Source: Glaucostegus cemiculus
Lineage: Eukaryota
Direction of reading: 5' to 3'
Length of the DNA: 64,000 nucleotides
NCBI GenBank assembly: GCA_976551045.1
Contig: CDPCPM010000050.1
Span: 12,152,001 to 12,216,000 of the forward strand
The position numbers were made by a program, and so were the translations under genes. This document shows positions 34,801 through 46,200 of the stretch, piece by piece. A model generated the notes under the pieces. The model was not told the origin of the DNA. It ran no database searches and was given only the letters and a program-made list of their open reading frames with translations. Positions within the stretch are counted from its first letter, which is position 1, and every line of letters begins with the position of its first letter.

Positions 34801-37584
34801 TGGTTAAGTGCCGTGGGGAGAATGGTTGGCAGAGATGGAAAGGCGAACTAGAAAGTCGCTTCAGAATGCTGACAACAAAGGGAAGGTGTATTTGACAGTG
34901 GAATCTTATTGAAGATGGTGGAAATTATGGATAATGATCCAGTTCCAACAGTCTCCAGCAACAAGGGCAAGTAACAAATCGAAACATTACCGCCAAGTTA
35001 CACTTGATCTGACTTGGAAATAATCACCTTTCTGTCTTCATCAAAAACCCACAAATTCTTACCTAACAGCAACCCCATTGAGAATGAAAGTTTAAAAAGC
35101 AAATGAGGATGGGTATAAATTCAATATACTGTATGTAGGCATGTTACACAATTTAAATTGTTACAGGTATAAAATTAAGGAGATTCATTGTACTTTCTGA
35201 AGTCTAACTGGACTAACAACATACATTCACTTTTATACACATTTGTTTCACTATATTTCACGTTAAGATTTGTTTATTCCTTCTGCAGGAACCCAATGAA
35301 CACTATGAGGCAATAACCTTTCAGGACTTCCTTCAGGTTTGTATTTTGCTCAACAGGAAGTGAAAGCAGACCTTAATACTGATCATACAATACAGCAACA
35401 TCACATGCTGCAAATTAATGCTGACCGATTTTAAGTAGCTGGTTTTGTTACTTTTCCAGCACATGCACAGACACTAAACATTGAGAAAGCCCTTCAACAT
35501 CTTGATGGATTCCGTGCTGTTCTGCAGTGGTAATAGGGTGTGTGGGGGGGTGGAGCCTTTTACACAAGCAGCAGGATTTCCCCACAATTGGTAACAGCTT
35601 ACCTACCACATTCTGCAGGGCTCAGGACTGATTTTCAGCTGCCTCTCAGTAATGACTACTGGACTACCCTAGCCTTGACCTGACTTCTCCAGAACTTCTC
35701 CAGATTAGCAGATATAGGATGAAGCAGATTTTCGTACATCAACTGGAATACTGCATTTCTTGAGACTAGGTCATTATATTGGATCTTTGACTTTCCTCTG
35801 TGTCCTTTTCACCCACCCCATCAGTGGGTGATCTTGAGACATGCACTGCACCTGTCCCAAAGTATGAGAAATATTTAAGTGCTCATATCAGGATCAGTTT
35901 TATAACATATTACCCCAACATTACTAAATTGTTTAAAATATCTTTTGGTAGTGGTCAATCTTTTTAAATTTTTCAATTGTATATTTCCTCCCCAACCACA
36001 TCGATGTATTCTTTACATTTAGTTTCATTTACCTTTATCTTCTGCTTTGTTGCTCCAACCATCTATGTCGGAGAAGTTTTTTGTTGGACAAGCCATAGAT
36101 AAAAACAAATTGGAAAATGTAAGTGGTCACATCAGAGGTGTATCCGTACCAACAATTCAATAACATTGGCAAGAAAGGTCTTTTGGTTACTTCAACAGGA
36201 CAGGAAGAACTTGCGTTGTTTCAGCTCTGCCGATGTCTCTGGCAAACTATTGCCTTTTGCTTCCTTTTCTCCGATAATTGGTCCTTAATTTCTTCAGCTT
36301 CTATCCTCTCCCTTATTGTGTCCATTTCCGGCTGCAGTCCCACTCATCAGGTAATTGGCCCAGACACTGCTGCAATCAGAAGTCACAGTCTACAACCTTT
36401 ATTGTTAGTTTACAGTAAAACAAGGACATCATGCAGACAGTCAGGAACCAGGTGTGATTTATATGGTCTCTGCTGGGACACTGATTCTATCTTCACTGGA
36501 TCCCGTACATTCACTAATGAGTGTTGCCCTTTTGCAGACAGATGACACTAACAATCATGGAATCTGCACACTAGGTATAGCCTTTTGTGGCCCTGATTGT
36601 TGTGGCAGCAGGCAAGGGTCCCCGTCAACCAACACTGCTTCATTGTAACCCTTCACAACCCCAATTTTTGTGTCCCTTCCACTCATGCTATTCTCCAATT
36701 TCCATCACATCCTACCAGCTGGCATAGAGAGTTCACTTTGACAACACTGACCAACCTCCCAGCAATTGCATCGAGTGAGAACACACAAACTGGGTTCGAA
36801 TTGTAAACATGAAAAAAAACACAATAGCAATTTCTTAAAGTGAGGATATACCAGACCTAGCACTTTTTTAGATCTCACCCAGTATAGCATTAGGACATAG
36901 ATTTTATTTTCACCGACTCTCCAATGTTGGTTTACACTTAGCACATCAGAAAATGGCTGAAATCCTAGTGTAGCATTTTCTAAAGCTGTCTAAGCATGCA
37001 AGTTTAATGTCTCACCATAGAGATGGCTCCTGACAGTCTGTGCTGGACTTGGGCATTAGCCCTGAATTTTGTGCTCAGCCTCTGGAGTGAATCTTAAAGC
37101 TACAACTTGGACTCAAGGAGAAATTACTACCAACTAAAGCTAAAGCATAATAGGTTGACATGATTAGCCTCTGCACTAAAGCTTCTTGTTTAATGGTTTA
37201 TAAAATCTTGCATTGTTTTTGTCTGCAGTGTATCAAAGGGCGATTCATGATTTTACTGTTTCAATGTACATGTGACTAATAAAGATATCTTAGTAATTGA
37301 CAGAGACCTGCTTTTACTGATAATATTTAAGAGGTTTGGCTTTGCAAAAATGTAATACATTGCATGCTGTTTTTAGAATTTTTATAATTCAATAATATAG
37401 AAACTAGATCAAATTATATTTTAATAATGGATATCTGTTATTAAAAATCTCTAAGTGTTAAAGCATTACAGTTGAATTGTTGAACAGCAATTCCTTTACT
37501 TTTCAGATAATGCAGGAACTCAAGATAGAAACCAAAATGCATGTGCGTTTTCTACAGATGGATACCACAGCCATGTGCAAATAG
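10594..37584 (+). CDS. TESC: Tescalcin (CHP3)-like EF-hand Ca2+-binding protein, 8 coding exons (gene span)
   Basis: Hand-spliced GT-AG exons of 62/70/81/140/62/105/48/78 nt give [17 protein letters not shown][+1][16 protein letters not shown]...[17 protein letters not shown]...[18 protein letters not shown]...[19 protein letters not shown], which is colinear with vertebrate tescalcin. The protein has an N-terminal MGxxxS myristoylation motif and one canonical EF-hand. It may be a paralog rather than the ortholog. Confidence 0.92.
10856..11946. repeat. Pure polypyrimidine/polypurine minisatellite, unit ~22-23 bp CTCTCCTCTCCCCCTTCCCCCCC(C)
   Basis: About 1.1 kb containing essentially only C and T on +; it generates the spurious Gly/Pro-rich ORFs. 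Confidence 0.95.
13700..14085 (+). mobile_element. CR1 LINE 3' fragment
   Basis: cccagagagtggtgagtacctggaatgcactgcc...ggcctgtttccgtgctgtatgaccctatgactct tail. Confidence 0.75.
14922..14991 (+). CDS. TESC: TESC-like exon 2 ([24 protein letters not shown])
   Basis: ttcccag| acceptor, |gtaaat donor, 70 nt; matches tescalcin FSSDQIEQLHRRF. Confidence 0.93.
15107..15187 (+). CDS. TESC: TESC-like exon 3 ([27 protein letters not shown])
   Basis: ttacag| acceptor, |gtaagt donor, 81 nt; NP-I-S-IV-AFFD motif. Confidence 0.94.
15623..15762 (+). CDS. TESC: TESC-like exon 4 ([25 protein letters not shown]...EKLK)
   Basis: ttcctag| acceptor, |gtaagt donor, 140 nt; DEI-FE-FL motif. Confidence 0.94.
15791..16748 (-). 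mobile_element. Rex1/Babar-type LINE, 5'-truncated, with open RT C-terminal ORF
   Basis: ORF 16039-16737 (preceded by DTT) reads [36 protein letters not shown]...KFLGVHI...[11 protein letters not shown]; tail AATAAA followed by (TGATTC)n. Confidence 0.88.
17085..18180 (-). mobile_element. Two adjacent CR1 LINE fragments
   Basis: Antisense tails catagagtcctacagcacggaaataggccct and gccccagcctcttgcgctgcagtgagaacaatcccaacct; [11 protein letters not shown]. Confidence 0.68.
19200..19520 (-). mobile_element. Older V-SINE (HE1-like) with CR1-type 3' end
   Basis: Antisense V-core (tgtgggaggaaacc...gcatccggcagaagcccac) and a CR1-like tail. Confidence 0.55.
20522..20964. mobile_element. Tigger/pogo-type MITE
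   Basis: TA-flanked imperfect TIRs (CAAGTCCTTCCAGGTTACAA versus revcomp CAGGCTGTCCCCAAGTTACAA), subterminal acttacgaac-like repeats, non-coding GC-rich interior. Confidence 0.62.
21913..22405 (-). mobile_element. Rex1/Babar-type LINE 3' fragment
   Basis: LQRVI.TA.KITG..LP...[14 protein letters not shown]...[10 protein letters not shown]; tail AATAAA followed by (AATCTTG)n. Confidence 0.82.
23012..23290 (+). mobile_element. tRNA-derived V-SINE (same family as 4670-4952)
   Basis: A box tggtagtgtagtgg, B box ggttcaattcc, V-core, tail aataaagatatctta. Confidence 0.82.
24470..24650. other. Assembly gap (181 N)
   Basis: Run of n characters. Confidence 0.99.
26010..26210. mobile_element. Penelope-derived fold-back element
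   Basis: Inverted arms caggccaggcagcatctgtggag / ctccacagctgctgcctggcctg; minus-strand agtt-CTGATGA-AAGGCC...GATCT-GAAC-TGTT-aatt. Confidence 0.65.
26520..27030 (+). mobile_element. Penelope-like element 3' remnant (GIY-YIG C-terminus, pyrimidine-rich UTR, hammerhead, tail)
   Basis: Decayed ...KLEE.HLIF...[12 protein letters not shown] ending near 26701, then agtt-CTGAGGA-AGGGTC-act-GACCCT-AAAA-CATT-gact, then the common tail ccacagatgctgcttgactggctgagttcttccagc. Confidence 0.75.
26924..26961 (+). ncRNA. Minimal hammerhead ribozyme motif with perfect 6-bp stem II
   Basis: Stem I agtt/gact, CTGAGGA, stem II AGGGTC/GACCCT; GAAACGTT has decayed to AAAACATT. Confidence 0.55.
29772..29833 (+). 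CDS. TESC: TESC-like exon 5, EF-hand loop [12 protein letters not shown]
   Basis: ttctag| acceptor, |gttgta donor, 62 nt; canonical 12-residue Ca2+ loop. Confidence 0.95.
30652..30756 (+). CDS. TESC: TESC-like exon 6 ([35 protein letters not shown])
   Basis: ttttcag| acceptor, |gtttgt donor, 105 nt; matches tescalcin VVEELLS...SIADGAMMEAA. Confidence 0.93.
31945..32770 (+). mobile_element. Penelope-like remnant with inverted upstream pLTR segment
   Basis: ORF 32139-32369 contains [14 protein letters not shown] followed (frameshifted) by NIEFSGFR*, a GIY-YIG C-terminus. Hammerhead-like agtc-CTGATAC-AGGGTCTAGACCC-GAGATGTT-gact at 32600-32635. An antisense UTR/hammerhead copy lies at ~31945-32130. 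Confidence 0.75.
33950..34950 (-). mobile_element. Penelope-like remnants (two tails plus GIY-YIG fragment)
   Basis: Minus-strand [16 protein letters not shown]...LNIKFNNFK* at ~34445-34535; tails at ~33950-34050 and ~34300-34420. Confidence 0.6.
35289..35336 (+). CDS. TESC: TESC-like exon 7 ([16 protein letters not shown])
   Basis: ttctgcag| acceptor, |gtttgt donor, 48 nt; matches EPDQVYEGITFEDFLK. Confidence 0.92.
37507..37584 (+). CDS. TESC: TESC-like exon 8 ([25 protein letters not shown])
   Basis: tttcag| acceptor, [10 protein letters not shown] motif, TAG stop. Confidence 0.95.
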   Translation: MMQELKIETKMHVRFLQMDTTAMCK

Positions 37585-38289
37585 TAAAAGAATCAGAACA
37601 GGCCATAAAAAGGAAAAAATAATTTGTCTTTGGTGAATGGAATGATGCAGTACAATTCCAAAGTAACTGTACTCATCTTAACATTTATAACTTAGTTTTT
37701 GTACTTTTATCCTCAAAGTTGTTTTATTTTCCAGAATTTAGAAATAATGCAGCTCCATGTTGAATCAGATTTCAGAGCTCTTTTGGGCACGTTGTTCTTT
37801 CCTCTCGCTCAGTAAACGATGCAGTAGAAGCTGCACAATTTTAATTAGTTCACATGCATTTTCCAGGGTTCTAATTGGATGGGTCCAATCTAAAGTTACT
37901 TGGTTCTTTGTTTGCTTGCACACAGTTCCTAAAGGAATTTAGTGACTTTCCCTAGCCTCCCAACTATTTTCCAACATAATTCATAGCCCACTGCTCAGTT
38001 TAATGTGCAGATGAAACATTGCAGCAAGCTAATAAACTAATCCCCTAACACTCAGTCATTCAAAAACAAAAAAAACATTCCTTTCAACCAAATCTGGGCA
38101 TTACTGAAAATTAATTTTAACATGGCTGAAATTAACTTGTTTAAATCAAGCTGTATGGGAACTGGTGAACTACCAACATGCCAATTAAACCTACTCATTT
38201 CTTGTACAATAACAAAGGTTTTGTTGGGCCTGCCCTTTCCTATCAGGTTCAGTTATCACCTCCAAGAACCAAATCTGAACTATGCTCTA

Positions 38290-38490
38290 GCAACACACAC
38301 AAAGTGCTGGAGGAACTCAGCAGGTCAGGCGGCATCTATGGAAGGAAATAAACAATCGATATTTTGGGAAACCCAAAATGTCAACTATTTATTTGCCTCC
38401 ACAGATGCTGCCTGACCTGCTGAGTTCCTCCAGCACTGTGTGTGTGTGTAGCTGCAGATTCAAGCATCTGCAGAATCTTATGTCTCTGGT
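38290..38490. mobile_element. Penelope-derived palindromic element (~80-bp arms, AAA loop)
   Basis: acacacacaaagtgctggaggaactcagcaggtcaggc...ttttggg-AAA-cccaaaa...gcctgacctgctgagttcctccagcactgtgtgtgt. Confidence 0.8.
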
Positions 38491-38847
38491 CTTTTGCTCT
38501 CCCTAAACTCTCATCAGACACCTATAATTTAGTTGCATGCACCATGTTGTCCTTTGCAACATTTTATATTTCTCATGCTCCATAGATTTTTTTTCTGGTC
38601 TCAAGGACATGCAACTAACTCCTGAAGGACTCTGTTTTTCACCCTTGCCACTGATGCCCAGGATACTGATCAATACCTGTACCTTCAGAAGTTATTTTGA
38701 AAACACTATGCCACTGTGAACCAACATTATGTCACTATTACATGATGAAAACAAGCTGCTGATGAATATTTTATTTTTATAGCAGTTTGTACTTGTATGT
38801 TTTACTGTATTCTTGCTGTTTTAAGTATCTAATTAGAAGGTCAATGC

Positions 38848-38853
38848 AATAAA
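38848..38853 (+). terminator. Candidate TESC-like poly(A) signal (alternative AATAAA at 38031)
   Basis: AATAAA downstream of the stop codon, in an AU-rich 3'UTR-like context. Confidence 0.35.
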
Positions 38854-39773
38854 AAATGCAAATGATTCTACCATATAATTAAAACAGTATTGACTGTATT
38901 TCCTGGCTGCTAACCACAATTTTTTCTTTTCAGAATGTGGGCATTGTTGCATAGCCAGCACATTTGTCTCCGCCAAACAGCTTGAAAAATGTAGTAGTGA
39001 GCTGCCTGCATAAGATGCAGTCCTTCTGGAGAGGGTTCTCCCACAGTATTGTGTAGGGAGTTCCAGGATTTAGATAAGCACCAGTGAAGGAACAGTGATA
39101 TATATCCAAGGTAAGATGGTGTGTGTCACCTTGTACATTTAGAGGTGGTAGAGGTTGCAAGCTTAGGAGATGGTGGCAGTAGCTGCAGTGCATGGTGTAG
39201 ATACGTACTCTGCAGCCATGATGCAGAGGTCGTGGAGAGAATGACCAGGGTGCTAAGCAAACAGATTGCTTTGGCCTGAATCCCTACACTGTTGGAGGAG
39301 TTTCACTCTTCCAGGGAGTTACAGGGTATTCCATCACTCTCATGATTTGTGCCCTGCAGCTGGTAGAAAGGCTCCAGGCTGTCAGGGGGTGGGCCAATTG
39401 CTGCAGAATATGCAGTCACTGGCCAAGTATTACTTTAGCTTACCTTGTTTGTGAAATTTGAGTCGCCTTTTAAAAATTGGCTTAACAAGAAGAATTTCAT
39501 ACCATTTTAATCCCCAAAATAACATTATTAAAGCGCTGCAAAATACAGCTTTTTGTACTGCAAAGTTTTTGTTGTCAAAAATCCCACCAGGACTCAAATT
39601 CTTATCTCCATTTGATCAACATCCAGGAACAGCTGATTTTAAAAACAGCAATTTCTGTTCAGAGGCAAACCAAACATAAAATTAAAGGAGTTTGATCTGT
39701 TTCATCACTTCCATAAGAAACCTTGCAATGCAAGCATGAATCAACTGACAAAATAACACAATCAGAAACTCAT

Positions 39774-39779
39774 TTTATT
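39774..39779 (-). terminator. Candidate FBXO21-like poly(A) signal
   Basis: AATAAA on the minus strand ~340 nt past the stop; another at 39857-39862. Confidence 0.4.
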
Positions 39780-40117
39780 GTTTTACAGCTTTTTGCACCG
39801 AAAATCAGGAAATTTCCAATGGAACATAGGTTGATTTGTACAACGGCGTACTGCAATTTATTATCAGCAAATCAACAGCTTCAAGTTTGGCAATACAAAA
39901 GATTTACATTCGCATTTTTTCATTTTCTTTAAATATACACATGGATTCTCAAAGCTACTAAGGTGCATAAAATTACATTTATAGATGGGGCACATGATGT
40001 CCTGAGATACTTATAGCACATTTCCAAACTTATATTAGTAGAATTCACTTGGTTTGTTCTGCTCATTAAAGACACTCATTGCAGCACTTCATCTCTTCCG
40101 AAAACAGAAGAGATCAT

Positions 40118-40290
40118 TCAGGAATGCTCATACACCTTCATGACGAGCTGTGATGTCAACACCAAGTCATCCGGGTACTGGATCTGCAATTCCTCATTCG
40201 CTACATAGTGTGTGCCACAAAATTCTGAAAAGTAACGACCAACTTCCTGATGGACTATTTCCATTGGTGATGAATTATAAATAAGATTCT
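40118..40290 (-). CDS. FBXO21: FBXO21-like last coding exon (ENLIYNSS...VGRYFSEFCGTHY...YPDDL...EHS*)
   Basis: attgcag| acceptor, TGA stop at 40120-40118. Confidence 0.94.
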
Positions 40291-43200
40291 CTGCAATATT
40301 AATCACAACACAAACATTTCAAATGTCAGGATGTAAAGGCATTTACTTTACACACACCAAGTATCAAAAACTAGCAACATTCTTGAATCTGGTGATATGC
40401 TATTGTTAAGAATTGACATTTAAAATGGATTCTTTCATTCCACAACAGACAGCTAGTGTGGCACTGGCAAAGGTTTAGAGTGCATCATCTGCTTTTCAAC
40501 TTGTTTAAAGTTTAGAAGCTACTCTAAAGAGCAGTCAAAAAAACACAAGAGGAAGATATAACAAAGATACACCAGCAAACTGTGCATGTTACTCTGCATA
40601 TAATGAACAAATTAACAGTGTGCAAAAACTAGGCCCAGAATTTTTATGATTTATTCAACATTTTGAAAAACATTTCACCACATAAGATTTAATTATACAT
40701 CAAACTATTTCAAAAAGTACTATTTCATTTCAAGTAAGGTTTTTATGACAATGCACTACTTTCAACCAAGATTGTTTGTTATGGTGTCATTCATTTAAAT
40801 TTTGTAATGTAAAAAATCTGGTCAATTAATATCTTTTATCCAGAAAGAATCGATCATTTTAAGCACTAGAATAGTTCCAGATGATTCAAGCAGTCTATAT
40901 GCCTTTCCTCCTGGCATACGCTCAAGAGTCCTCCCTGAGCTGTAGCCCAACAGGAAATTTGCCAGGAGAGTCTCGGTGCACAAGTCAACTTTAACCACAC
41001 TCCTGTATCATTCATTAAAAATATCAACTTGCAGCATTCAATATCAATGGTTATGAATTATTCTACAAATTATCCAGACTACAGCTCAAAACATAGTCTA
41101 CTTACCTTGCGCAGCATATCTACACGAACCATCTTGAACAAGGACATTGTAAAATGGCTGATCAGGCCCATGTGGTAGATTATGAACTCCCATCGTTCTC
41201 ATCCAATCCAATCCCATCATACACTTAGGATCCCATCCATATATCACACAGTCATATCCATACCTAAATTAAAACAATACAGGAATGTATATTTAAAACA
41301 AGCAGATTTTTTTAAAAAATTCATAGCCTTCAGGAATCTAGACTTCATTGATTATTGTGCTGCATGTCCTAGAATTTACAGGATAAAAGATGCAAATTGC
41401 AAAAATTCACAAAGTAGCATGTGTGGCCGATGTGACAGACATAAAAAGCCTATTAGAAACAAGAAAAACAGGGAATACACAAGGCTGACAATGACTTACA
41501 CACATATGACACACACACTAGAAAACAATGATAATCATAAGGGAATTAATATAACAATTTGACAGGGGAAGAGTTCAGAGAAGTTACCAAGAAGAACATA
41601 AAATAGGAGTAGCCTACATGGCTCCTCAAGCCTGCCCCAACATTCAACATGATTTTAGCTGATCTTCCCCAGTCCTCAACACCTCTTCAGCACCTGTTCC
41701 CCATAATCCTGAATTCCCCTTTCAAAAGTCTACCTAGCTCTTCTTCAATACCTCCAATGATTTAGCCTTCACAGCTCTCCAGGGTAGAGAAGTCCAGTGA
41801 TTTACCACCGTATGGAAATAGAAATTCCAATGCATCTCAGTTTTAAATGACTGTCCCTTATCTTGTAACAATGTCCCATTATTCAAGACACTCTCACTAA
41901 TGGGGAATTCTCAACATCTACTGTGTCCAGCCCCCTTAGGATCTTGTGCTTTAATATGATCACCATTCTTCTAAACTCCAAAGGGTACAGATCCAACTTC
42001 TTTAGGTAATCTTTATAAGAAAATTCTCTCATCCCATGATTTAGCCTAGTGAATCCCTTTTGGACTGCCTCCAATGATAGTATATCCTTTCTTCAATAAG
42101 GACATCTGTAGTTTTAGTTGTGAGGACTTGCTACTCTTGATAAAACTTCTAGTGGCCTGGATTAAGCATTTTCTATGCCCCTTTCAATTGAACCAGGACC
42201 AAGATCACCTCATGCATGTCAATGTTTCAACTGTGCTCTGCAACAGAGATGAAAGATCAAAGCCATCTTTATCTAACAGGGAACTTCAGTGCAGGAGTTG
42301 GAGTAAATCATGAAACAAGCCCCACCTGCTCCAAATATCAGAGCAAGACAAATGATTGAAAATGGACACAAACTGTTTTAGCAATGTTGCTATCACAAGC
42401 AGAGTGTAAGTATTGCCTACTTATAAAATAAAAATTTACCATCCATGGTCAGGACATTGACAACAGATGGATCCAATTACCAGATGTGATACAGATCATG
42501 CCTTGGTGTGTACCAATGTTGGGATGCAATCCTTGAAGGCTTTCTATTCTAAGCAGAAAAAATGCCCCCACTTTACTGTCAGCCATGCTGCTGACCAAGA
42601 TAAGGTGCTGACAAACAAGTGCTCTGCAGCAGTCTCATCTAAAGTCCAGAGGTAAACTGGAATACAGCTCATAATATCATTTACTGCACTCTTGATATAT
42701 ACAAAATAAGAATTGAAAGTTATTGATTTGTTCAGGGCCAGCATCGCTATAATGGAAACAGACATTGCAGCCAAGAAATCTTCCCTCATCAATTGCAAAA
42801 TGAGAAGACTGAATACGTTAAGAGCTGCTCAGAACATCCAACAGACTGCTAATACTTACTGAGTACAGCTCTGTCAGGGCATCCTGATGTCCTCCAACAC
42901 AAGGAATACTAGGTGCATATATGACAAGATCAAAAAGACATGTAGCTAGAAACAAGATGTCAAGCATCCTGTCAAGCTTTGGGAGAACATTAACTTGAAG
43001 GAGATGCTGGGAACCATGAACAAAAACAGTGATGGAAGGTCACATGAGCAATGCCTAGTCCGTCTCAATGTGAGAAAATAAGAGTTGCACCTACACACAG
43101 CTGACCCTGGGCACAGAACAAGAATGTTTTGGGAACTGACATTTTGTGAAAGGGGTCAGCCTGATGAATTAAAGTACAGGCACTCTTACAATTAAAGAAC

Positions 43201-46200
43201 TACCTGATCTGATAAGAAAGCAAGTGTGCCTCATTTACCGCATGCTGGGGAGTTAATTTTGTTGAATGACCAAATTTGATGGGCCCAAGTCCAAGTTAAA
43301 GGTGGTAAAAGAGGACAAGAAATAGGTGTCTTGTTTGTCCAATCCTTGAACGAATGACAGCTGGAATGATTGACTTCAGAGTCAGGAGGGTCCTGGACAG
43401 GGGCAAGAACAAGAAAATTGTATAAAATGGCTTGTCCAAGATGTCAGGAGCAAGAACCCTGGGAACAATCACTGCAGAAGGAGGACACCAAATTTGGATC
43501 TCAAACAGTACCACCCCTGTGAGAGTAAGCCTGGCCACTTCATTTCACACAGGTAGTAAAGTCCAAGGCACAAGTCTGTGATTTGGCACAAGTAGTGATA
43601 AGTTGGAACAGTAAATCAAATATGAAGTTCTTAGGAGTCAGTGGTACACATGTATGCTGAAATAACTCGAGTGCTAATCAAAATCAAGTAGTACTAAAAC
43701 TTGGTTTAGAGTCTCTTTGTGCAACATCAAGTAGTACTAAAACTTGGTTTAGGAGTCTCTTTGTGCAACAAGTCAGTTGATACCCTATAGAGGTAACAGG
43801 TCCACAAGCAAAGAAAACACCCAGTTTCCTTTTTTTGAGGAGCACAGGAAGTCATCACTAATTGGCACAGGAAGCTCATGTACCTGCAGTTTCACTTGAA
43901 CTTCTCTGTTGAAGGACTTGGTGGGGGTGGGGTGGTATGACTAAACACCAGAAGGCAGAAGATTATAACCTTGAATGGGAACGATGGTAAACAAAGTGCT
44001 TGCAAAATAAATTGAGTATTAATGGAAAAATATTTGAGAGAGTTGGAATACCAAAGTGCAGACCTTAACTAAATACATTAACCCAGAATCCCAGAGTGGT
44101 TTTAGAGCAGATAAAACTACTATTAATATGATCTTATCAATTAGATATGAGAAGTGCCATTATACATTGCCTCCACAGACCTCAAAGGCATTCCATTCTG
44201 CTAGCAGGAACGGTTTAAATAAGCTACAGAATACTAGTTCCTTGCCAAAGCTGTTTAATGTGATCCATTCCTTTCAAAACATGACAGGCAACATCAGAAT
44301 CCTTCAAAATCCACAGTGGAGTCAAACAGGGCTGCATTCTAGCAATAATGTCATTTGGCATGTTCTTCTCTTTGTTTGGCTCATGCAGAGGATGTCTATT
44401 CACACCCCAGGATATCAGAAGGCAAAGATCATGACCGTGTGCAAGAATAATGGCAACCAAAGTGTTGACACTGAGAGGCAAGACAAAAAAAAAAGTGTAC
44501 CGGGTTCTCATCAGGGAGCTGCTCTATGCTGACATGTAATACCAGCATCCAAAACGAAGAATAACAATTGGCAGCTAATGGACACACTCTCATACCTGGA
44601 GAAAGAGACCCAAATCCAAAGGGAAGGAAGCTTGCCAGTTACTGTAATTTTAGAGGAGATTAAAGAAATGGGTGAGTAGCTAGACAAGGGATGAAAAATT
44701 TAAATTTCAACATGTTATCGTAAACAGGATGATGGGAAAAACAGGATGATGGACAATAAAGATTTGGCACGGAAAAGGACACAGATAGCAAAGTTTCTGC
44801 TGAATTCACAATTGGATCAGACAGTGGGATTAGAAAAGCATGCTGGAGTAAGCCATTCTACAAACAGCAGCATTATCAATTTTATAAGCAGCTGGTATAA
44901 GGCAGAGGTGTAATAGCATGGGGTTAACCAGAATGTTGCCTGCAAGCATTTCAATTATCCCCAACAAAGGCCAGTGAGGGTAATGGAGAATTAAGGATTT
45001 TATGGCAAGGGGAAAAGACAATAGCTTCAGTCTTCGCAATGTTTAGCTAAAAGTATGCCATTTTCTACTGTCTAATCTGCAACAGGACCTTAGATGGAAA
45101 TCATAGATTTGCCATGCTAAGCCATACAGATCTATGGGAACAACACTTCCAATTGGCACCAACTTTAGATGCCTTCAAGGAAATTAAAGCTCCAGGACTT
45201 GAGCTGAGATTTAACTGCATCTTTTTTAAATCATTCATACATCAACCAAGAGTTTAAAAAATATTACATTGTAACAAATGACTTTTTCCATGCTGTCCCT
45301 AGATTGAATTTATTTTAAGTTGTTATGAAAGGTTCAGTATTCATAGGCACCATGCTCTCCAACCAATTTTGGACATTCACCCTTGTCAAATTGCTCTCTG
45401 CTAGCAACACAGAATCCTTTTTTCAGCTAGCTTTCCATATACACTTCTAAAAATTTCTCAGTTGCTTCTTTGGCTTCAGTGGATACCTTAGATCAGTGTT
45501 CTCTACTTACCAACCCTTCAGATTGTTGACTCAGCCCTACTTTCACACTCAATCCCCAAAGTCAATCAGTCCCAGCCTCAAATGGACTCAAATATTGAAC
45601 AGACACAGCTTTCAGGGTACAGAATTTCAAATGTTCATTTGCTCTGAGAGAAGATTTTTTCATTTGTCTTTAGTAGCTGAACCTTATGACTCCAACCCAA
45701 TATTCCTATATTCTGGTTACAACAGCATGTACGTACTTCTGAACATCAAAGTTTCTCACTTAAAAAATGTTTTTATAATTTCACTCCCAAAATGAACCAT
45801 CTCACATTTCTCCATATTAGATTCTATTTGCTATCTTCTTATCCACATTCCTTCACATTCTTTGTACATCCTCCCCACAACTTATTTCCCAACTAGCTTT
45901 CATTGTCAGCATAGACTGACATATTATACGGCTGACTCATCAACACAGAAAGTAAACAGCCTAAGCCCCAGCAGTGATCTTTTTGATATCAACAAGTAAC
46001 AGCATGCCAACCCAAAACCACCTGTTGATGTCTATTCTTTTTGCCAACTTCTCTTCATGCCATTAACCATGAGCCCTTATTTTTAAAAAAAAAAATATAA
46101 CCTTGTGGTAGCTTTTAAAATCCAAACAAAACCACATCCACAAATTTTCCTTGTCTGTTCAAATTGTCAAAGAAACCTCAAGATTTTTCAAAACAATACT

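Noticed and set aside
36320-36352. Minus-strand CTGATGA...GGAAA hammerhead-like spacing
   Set aside because: No pairing for stem II or stem I, and no resemblance to the Penelope tail family.
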